Source: Bdellovibrionota bacterium (GTDB taxonomy: Bacteria; Bdellovibrionota_C; UBA2361; JAAYZI01). From it: DNA of 64,000 bases. This document shows, piece by piece, positions 58,268-64,000 of the stretch. The notes below the pieces were generated by a model that searched no databases, was not told the origin of the DNA, and saw only the letters and a program-made list of their open reading frames with translations. Position 1 is the first letter of the stretch. Every line of letters begins with the position of its first letter. Where the stretch lies: NCBI GenBank assembly GCA_050950765.1, contig JBMNIF010000002.1, positions 704,001 through 768,000 of the forward strand, given 5' to 3'. The position numbers and the translations under genes are program-made.

Positions 58268-60162
58268 TAACATTATTCGGCTCATCATACGGAGCGCTTG
58301 TTCCTTGGCTTTTAACAGCCTTTCCATTTCTATTGGCAGCTCTGATCTATCTTTATAAACGTAAAGGATACGGAAAAGAGATAGTGGCATCGAGTGTTTT
58401 GATCTTAAAAAAGATACAACGCAAGACGGAATCACGGCGCAAGTTTTTTCCACCGCCACGTTTTTTCTTTGAGCTATTACTTCTGATATTGTTGTCATTA
58501 GCTATGGTCGGGGCCTATCAGGTATCTCCTACGCAAAACGTTGCTTTTTTGATAGATAATTCTTTTAGTATGAGCGCATTAAGAAGTGGAAGCACTAAAG
58601 ATGCGCTGACCCTTGCCAAAGAAAAAGGTCTGCAAATCTTAGCTGAATTGCCCTCTGATGTTTCGGTTGAGGTCTTTGAAACGTCACCTAAATTAAGAAG
58701 TTTGACTACTAAAGGTGTAAAAAAAGCTCAGGCGAAAGCGGCCATTAACTCGATTACACTTGCTTACGCTGAGGATCGTTTACAGAGCGCCAGTAGCCGC
58801 CTCAATAGATCAGACTCGTACGGCAAGATCTTTATTTTTACTGATAACGCTAAAAATAATACTCCCTCAAAAGCTACAGATCATATTAGTGTTATTCAGA
58901 TAACAGGTGATTACGGTAGAGTATCTGAAAATAATGTAGCTATCTCTAATATTTCACTATCTGAAGAGGGGGATGGTGCTAAGAAGAAGGTGCGGGTTTT
59001 AGTAACGTCTTATGCAGATACACCTACCTCTTGTGTGGTAAAAAGTTTTTATTGGAAAAAGATTGACGGAGTTCTCAGATCTGAAGAGGCGGAGCAAAAA
59101 CAGTTAGCTCTGGCACCACTTAGTAAGGAGACGCTCTCTTTTGAAGTACCGCCTACTGCGTTAGCTTTTTCTGCAACTCTATCGATGCGAGGAAGTTCAA
59201 AGAGCTCTGATGTTATACTCGATGATAATCAAGCTTGGATAAGCTTAGAACAAGATCGGACGAAAGTTGCTTTGATAGGTGAGTTAACTCCAAAAGATCT
59301 AGGGCTGGATCAGATTAAATCCTTACGCTTTGTGCAGATCGACCCGCAAGACTATGCAAAGGGAGGTGCAGATCTTGAAGCGGCTAAGTTTTTGATCTTT
59401 CACAGAGCAACTCCTCCTACTTTACCGTCACACTCTGCTTTACTTGTTTTGCCTAAAGGTGAGGGGGTTTTTCAGGTCGAAGAAAAAAAAGATAAGGCTG
59501 AAATTAGTGGTTGGAGTGAAGGGCATCCACTCTTAAAATATCTAAATCTCTCAACGTTAAAGGGAATTGCTCTTTATCCAGTAAAGATGGTTGCAGGCTT
59601 ACGTGATGTGATAAGGACGGATTCTGGTATTGCTTTAGCGGCAGCTGAGATGGGGAAGTTGCGTATCGCTGTTTTAGGTTTTGAGATCTTTCCTTATGAA
59701 GGGAAGCGTGCGCCACTTCTATCGATATTAACATTAAATATCTTTGATTGGTTATCATCGAGGAGTTTAAATAACGCTTATCTGCCTGTAAGAGCACAAC
59801 TTGAAGCCTCTGCTCCTGATACTACTGTGCGTTACTTAGATCATGGAAACACCTTCGGGAAGCCTTTTAAAGGAGTTGAATCGGAACAACAACAATTATC
59901 CGCTACTAATAAAGTTACGTTACCTTTTCCAGGTTTAGTGAGGGTATTGCAAGGTGGTAAAGAACACTTTGTTGCAGTGAATTATTTTAATGATCGTGAA
60001 TCTAATCTGCATGAAATTACAACGTTGCAATTACCGCAAAAAAAGATGCGGGAGATGGAAGATAAAAATGCGCGTCGTTCTTTTGTGCAGAACTTAGCTA
60101 TGATCTGTTTTGTTTTATTAGTTATCGATTTTTTTGTAATGCTTATGAGGCGTAAAAAATGA
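58264..60162 (+). CDS. BatA-like / vWA domain membrane protein
   Basis: BatA-like N-terminal double TM, MIDAS IDNSFSM, FTD, DDNQA and a C-terminal TM. Confidence 0.8.
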   Translation: MITLFGSSYGALVPWLLTAFPFLLAALIYLYKRKGYGKEIVASSVLILKKIQRKTESRRKFFPPPRFFFELLLLILLSLAMVGAYQVSPTQNVAFLIDNSFSMSALRSGSTKDALTLAKEKGLQILAELPSDVSVEVFETSPKLRSLTTKGVKKAQAKAAINSITLAYAEDRLQSASSRLNRSDSYGKIFIFTDNAKNNTPSKATDHISVIQITGDYGRVSENNVAISNISLSEEGDGAKKKVRVLVTSYADTPTSCVVKSFYWKKIDGVLRSEEAEQKQLALAPLSKETLSFEVPPTALAFSATLSMRGSSKSSDVILDDNQAWISLEQDRTKVALIGELTPKDLGLDQIKSLRFVQIDPQDYAKGGADLEAAKFLIFHRATPPTLPSHSALLVLPKGEGVFQVEEKKDKAEISGWSEGHPLLKYLNLSTLKGIALYPVKMVAGLRDVIRTDSGIALAAAEMGKLRIAVLGFEIFPYEGKRAPLLSILTLNIFDWLSSRSLNNAYLPVRAQLEASAPDTTVRYLDHGNTFGKPFKGVESEQQQLSATNKVTLPFPGLVRVLQGGKEHFVAVNYFNDRESNLHEITTLQLPQKKMREMEDKNARRSFVQNLAMICFVLLVIDFFVMLMRRKK

Positions 60163-62789
60163 AGACAACGTATGCATTACAATTTGCTAATCTTAATTCA
60201 TTCTACATTATAACTTTAATTTTAGCGCTAGTACTTGGCACCTACCTATTTTTTAAGTTTAAAGGTGCTTCTTTCTCTTGGAGAGTATTTGTCTTTAGGT
60301 TTCTTGCGTTACTAATGTTGGCATTAGCTTTACTAGAGCCGAAGGTGATGAAAAAAACTTTACGCACTGATGGGTTATTATTGCTAGATATCTCGGATAG
60401 TATGGAACCTGAGGTAGCGCAGAACCTCCTTAATAAGGCAGCTGAATATAAGAAAGAGGGCTTTGAATATCGGGTGATTCCATTTTCTGGGCAGAGTTGT
60501 CCGTACTCTCTTCCTTCAGAAAAGGCTTTAAACTTTGATAAATTAAGAGACTCTTGGAATAGATTAAATATCGGAGTAACTGATCTAGAGGAGGCGCTCC
60601 GTAGTCAATTGATTGATCCTAATACAGGAGTGCTACTTATCTCTGACGGTTATGAAACGGTCGGGGATCTCTCCAATACCTTTCCTGACTTGCAAGGAGA
60701 AGGGGTAAAGGTTTTTCCGTTAATGCCGAATACGGGTGGTGCGCTTGATGGAAAGTTCAGGATCTCTCATATTCATGCGCCGTTAATGGCACCTCTTAAA
60801 AAGAGTGTGCCTATTAGGGTGAGTGTTGAAAATAGTACGACGCAAGATAGAGTAGGACAACTTTCAATATTTCATGATGAAAAGGAGGTTTATAATAAAG
60901 AGATCGTAGTACCGAAAGGGCAAGAAGCGGTTTTTGTGGCGTATAGCGATCCTTTACCTGAAGGAATAAAAGGAGTTAAAGCAATTTTAAAACCCTTGTC
61001 CGTGAGAGAACGAGAGACTACGACAATTTTAAAACCTTTGTCCGTATCTGAGGACGACTCTTTTGATCCTACTTCTGCACAACTTTTTATTGCAGCGGAA
61101 GAAAAGGAAAAGGTCTTACTTGTTAGTAGTAGTGCTGCTGAAGCAAGGTTATTGGAGAGGATCCTTAAAGAGCAGAGTTATCACCTACAAAGTGTGGTTA
61201 CTGCTGGAAACCGTTTAAAGGATCGTTTAGAACTTTCAAAATATTCAGTAGTTATTTTTAACAATGTGCCGTTAGCAGAGTTGCCGCGAGGAGTTGCTAC
61301 TGAAGTTGAGTATTATGTAGCCAATGGCGGCGGCTTTATCATGATAGGGGGCAATAAAAGTTTTGGATTGGGTGGATATAAAGATACTGCCATAGCGGAT
61401 CTCTTACCTGTTGAAGTTTTAACCCCACGTAAAGAGCAGAAGCGTTTAAATGTAGCGGTAGAACTGGTGCTGGATAAGTCTGCTAGTATGCGTCAAAATA
61501 ATAAGATAGAGTTTGTAAAAAGTGCAGCGGCGGAGGTTTTAAAAGTTTTAAAACCTCAAGATTATGCCGGAATAGTTGGTTTTGATGATTACCCTTTTCA
61601 TTTGGTACCGATCGGGAGAATCCAAGATATCAGAGCAAAAGCTTTAGCTCGCTTATCTCAACTCTATCCTGCTAAGACAACGCGTCTTTTAGCTGCGATG
61701 GTGCTTGCTAAAAAAGATTTGGAGAGTGTTCCTGCTGGTAGGAAACATATGATTATCCTAACTGATGGGAAGCTACCGGATCAACAGAACTACCCTTATT
61801 ATATGGAGATAGTAGATGAATTGCGTCTTCTGGGGGTGACAGTTTCTACATTCTTAATCGGAAATGAGTATGTTCCTATTTTAGTTGAGATAGCAGAGCG
61901 TGGTGGCGGAGCTTTTTACAGGACGGATAATCCAACTAATTTACCCCGTCTTTTCTTGCATGATGTTAAGGTTAATGCAGGAGAGAAAACACAACGTGAA
62001 AATCAACGTTATGATGTTGATGTTTTAATGAGAAACAGAAGCACCACCCTTAATTCATTTCCGTATCTACTCGGTTATGTTGAGACTAAGATTAAGCCTA
62101 GTGCAGATCTGGAGTTAGCTACCGCAACGAAAGAGAGAGATCCACTCCTTGCTTCATGGCGTTATAAACAGGGACGTGCTGTTGCCTTTACTTCAGATGC
62201 TAGTGGACGTTGGTCAAAACAGTGGGCAGAGTGGGGTAAGTTTCGGACGTTTTGGATTGAGTTAATAGATTCCGTACGTCCACAAAGTGGTAAAGCACTG
62301 GAAAATATTAAGTACGATCTCAGGTATTTTATGAGTAAAGGTAAACTTGTGCTCGATCTTACCGTTTATTCGGAGGGGGTGGTCGGAGACCTTACTGCAG
62401 ATCTGATAGCAAGTGACGGTGCGCGCAAAAACGTAACATTTACCCCCTTAGCACGTGGACACTATCAGGCGCAACTTGATGGCGTTACGGCAGGACGGTA
62501 TGAATTGCAAGCAAAGCTTGGTGGTATTAAGTTAACGGCGGTAGCTTTTCAATTATCTGGAGAGGTGTTCGGTGAGAAGAAGGGGCAGGGCTTTTTTAGG
62601 CAGAATCTAGAAGCGCTTGCTGCTGCAACTAAGGGCAAAGTTAATCCAGCAGTGGCTGATCTGATGGATAGCCGTTCTGAAACAGTTGAAGATCTTCCGC
62701 TTAGTCATTGGCTTTGTGCCCTCGCTCTTTTTATGCTCTGCTTTGAAATAGCACTTCGCGAACTTTTTAGCCGTCGATTCTATTTTTAG
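60159..62789 (+). CDS. vWA domain membrane protein with a GATase-like domain
   Basis: MIDAS motifs LDISDSM and LDKSASM, ISDG and LTDG, GGGFIMIGG..SFGLGGY...LLPV, WRYKQGRAVAFTSD, with TMs at both ends. Confidence 0.82.
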   Translation: MKTTYALQFANLNSFYIITLILALVLGTYLFFKFKGASFSWRVFVFRFLALLMLALALLEPKVMKKTLRTDGLLLLDISDSMEPEVAQNLLNKAAEYKKEGFEYRVIPFSGQSCPYSLPSEKALNFDKLRDSWNRLNIGVTDLEEALRSQLIDPNTGVLLISDGYETVGDLSNTFPDLQGEGVKVFPLMPNTGGALDGKFRISHIHAPLMAPLKKSVPIRVSVENSTTQDRVGQLSIFHDEKEVYNKEIVVPKGQEAVFVAYSDPLPEGIKGVKAILKPLSVRERETTTILKPLSVSEDDSFDPTSAQLFIAAEEKEKVLLVSSSAAEARLLERILKEQSYHLQSVVTAGNRLKDRLELSKYSVVIFNNVPLAELPRGVATEVEYYVANGGGFIMIGGNKSFGLGGYKDTAIADLLPVEVLTPRKEQKRLNVAVELVLDKSASMRQNNKIEFVKSAAAEVLKVLKPQDYAGIVGFDDYPFHLVPIGRIQDIRAKALARLSQLYPAKTTRLLAAMVLAKKDLESVPAGRKHMIILTDGKLPDQQNYPYYMEIVDELRLLGVTVSTFLIGNEYVPILVEIAERGGGAFYRTDNPTNLPRLFLHDVKVNAGEKTQRENQRYDVDVLMRNRSTTLNSFPYLLGYVETKIKPSADLELATATKERDPLLASWRYKQGRAVAFTSDASGRWSKQWAEWGKFRTFWIELIDSVRPQSGKALENIKYDLRYFMSKGKLVLDLTVYSEGVVGDLTADLIASDGARKNVTFTPLARGHYQAQLDGVTAGRYELQAKLGGIKLTAVAFQLSGEVFGEKKGQGFFRQNLEALAAATKGKVNPAVADLMDSRSETVEDLPLSHWLCALALFMLCFEIALRELFSRRFYF

Positions 62790-62914
62790 GAGGAATAATA
62801 TAATACTGATAAACAGTAGGTGTTTTTAGGGCGTAAAGATATTTTTTTGAAAAAAGCGTTAAAAGGTGTAATGTAACTTTGTGGGGATCTTTTAATGTAT
62901 TAAGGAGAGATGTC

Positions 62915-64000
62915 ATGACTGAATTAGGTACTGCACTTACTACTTCTGCTGTGAAAGTTTTAATGTTGGGCGCAGGAGAACTGGGCAAAGAGGTGGTTAT
63001 TGAGTTGATGCGCTTAGGCGTTGAAGTAGTAGCTGTTGATCGTTATGAAAACGCTCCTGCGATGCAGGTGGCGCATCGCAGCTATGTTATTAATATGTTG
63101 GATGGTGCAGAGTTACGACGTGTTATCGAAAAAGAAAAGCCTGATTATGTTGTGCCGGAGGTAGAAGCGATAGCGACACCGACCTTACTTGAATTAGAAA
63201 AAGAAGGGTTTTGCATTATTCCCACTGCTAAGGCGACTTTTTTAACGATGAATAGAGAAGGGATTAGACGCCTTGCCGCTGAAGAGTTGGGATTGCCAAC
63301 TTCGCAATATAGATTTGCTGCTGATTATGAGGAGTTTAAAGAGGCTGTTAAGGAGATCGGCATTCCGTGTGTAGTTAAACCGATTATGAGTTCATCCGGA
63401 CACGGACAGAGTGTTATAAAATCTGTGGATGATATTGAGAGATCGTGGCAACTTTCTCAAGAAGGTGGACGTGCTGGATCGGGCAAAGTTATCGTAGAAG
63501 GGTTTGTTGATTTTGATTATGAGATAACGCTTTTAACTGTGCGTCACGTTGGAGGCACTTCATTTTTAGAGCCGATAGGACACCATCAAGTAGATGGCGA
63601 CTATCAAGAATCTTGGCAGCCGCAAGCGATGTCTGAAAAAGCTCGGAAGCGCGCTGAAGAGATCGCAAAAAAGATTACAGACGCACTTGGGGGACGAGGC
63701 ATCTTTGGAGTTGAGATGTTTATTAAGGGAGATGATGTAATCTTTAGTGAAGTCTCTCCACGTCCACATGATACGGGGATGGTGACGTTAATCTCTCAAG
63801 ACCTTTCTGAGTTTGCTCTGCATGCGCGTGCTATTCTAGGTTTGCCTATTCCTAATATTGCATTTCACGGTGCCTCTGCTTCTAAGGCCGTAGTGGCGTG
63901 GGGCAATAGCAAACAGGTAGCATTCGGTAATCTCGAAGAGGTTTTGGCAGAAAAAGATACGACGTTGCGTATCTTCGGAAAAGGTGAAGTACGTGGACAC
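62915..64000 (+). CDS. purT: Formate-dependent phosphoribosylglycinamide formyltransferase (3' end beyond the window; absent from the ORF track)
   Basis: AAGGAG RBS, then [68 protein letters not shown] and [10 protein letters not shown]. The frame is open to the window end. Confidence 0.95.
   Translation, partial: MTELGTALTTSAVKVLMLGAGELGKEVVIELMRLGVEVVAVDRYENAPAMQVAHRSYVINMLDGAELRRVIEKEKPDYVVPEVEAIATPTLLELEKEGFCIIPTAKATFLTMNREGIRRLAAEELGLPTSQYRFAADYEEFKEAVKEIGIPCVVKPIMSSSGHGQSVIKSVDDIERSWQLSQEGGRAGSGKVIVEGFVDFDYEITLLTVRHVGGTSFLEPIGHHQVDGDYQESWQPQAMSEKARKRAEEIAKKITDALGGRGIFGVEMFIKGDDVIFSEVSPRPHDTGMVTLISQDLSEFALHARAILGLPIPNIAFHGASASKAVVAWGNSKQVAFGNLEEVLAEKDTTLRIFGKGEVRGH

Overview
AT-rich bacterial chromosomal window with dense, mostly plus-strand coding. 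The gene order (pilB-pilC-PilS/PilR-like, yqgF-mltG, DUF4911-ppiD, RpoH-type sigma) resembles deltaproteobacteria-like lineages; this is an inference, not a taxonomic assignment. I found no rRNA, tRNA, transposase, integrase, phage or CRISPR feature. Housekeeping genes include cysK, PBP1A, gatCAB, ppiD, ilvD, mntP, mfd, engB, rpoH, yqgF, mltG and a 3'-truncated purT. There are two type IV pilus loci (pilT-pilU and pilB-pilC), a GldAFG-like ABC operon, a MoxR/DUF58/vWA operon and an amino-sugar gene trio. Most notable: (1) a six-gene operon of four uncharacterised membrane proteins, a GlmL-like ASKHA ATPase and a hybrid-motif protein, with no glutamate mutase nearby; (2) a GatA that has lost both the catalytic Lys and the nucleophilic Ser while GatB looks intact; (3) a PilS-sensor/PilR-output fusion with no kinase or receiver domain; (4) an M23 protein that has lost its zinc ligands; (5) an orphan protein built from a ~312-aa internal duplication; (6) many short local tandem duplications, including an 81-bp palindrome-bearing repeat. 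Family assignments come from motif recognition by eye; no database searches were run.
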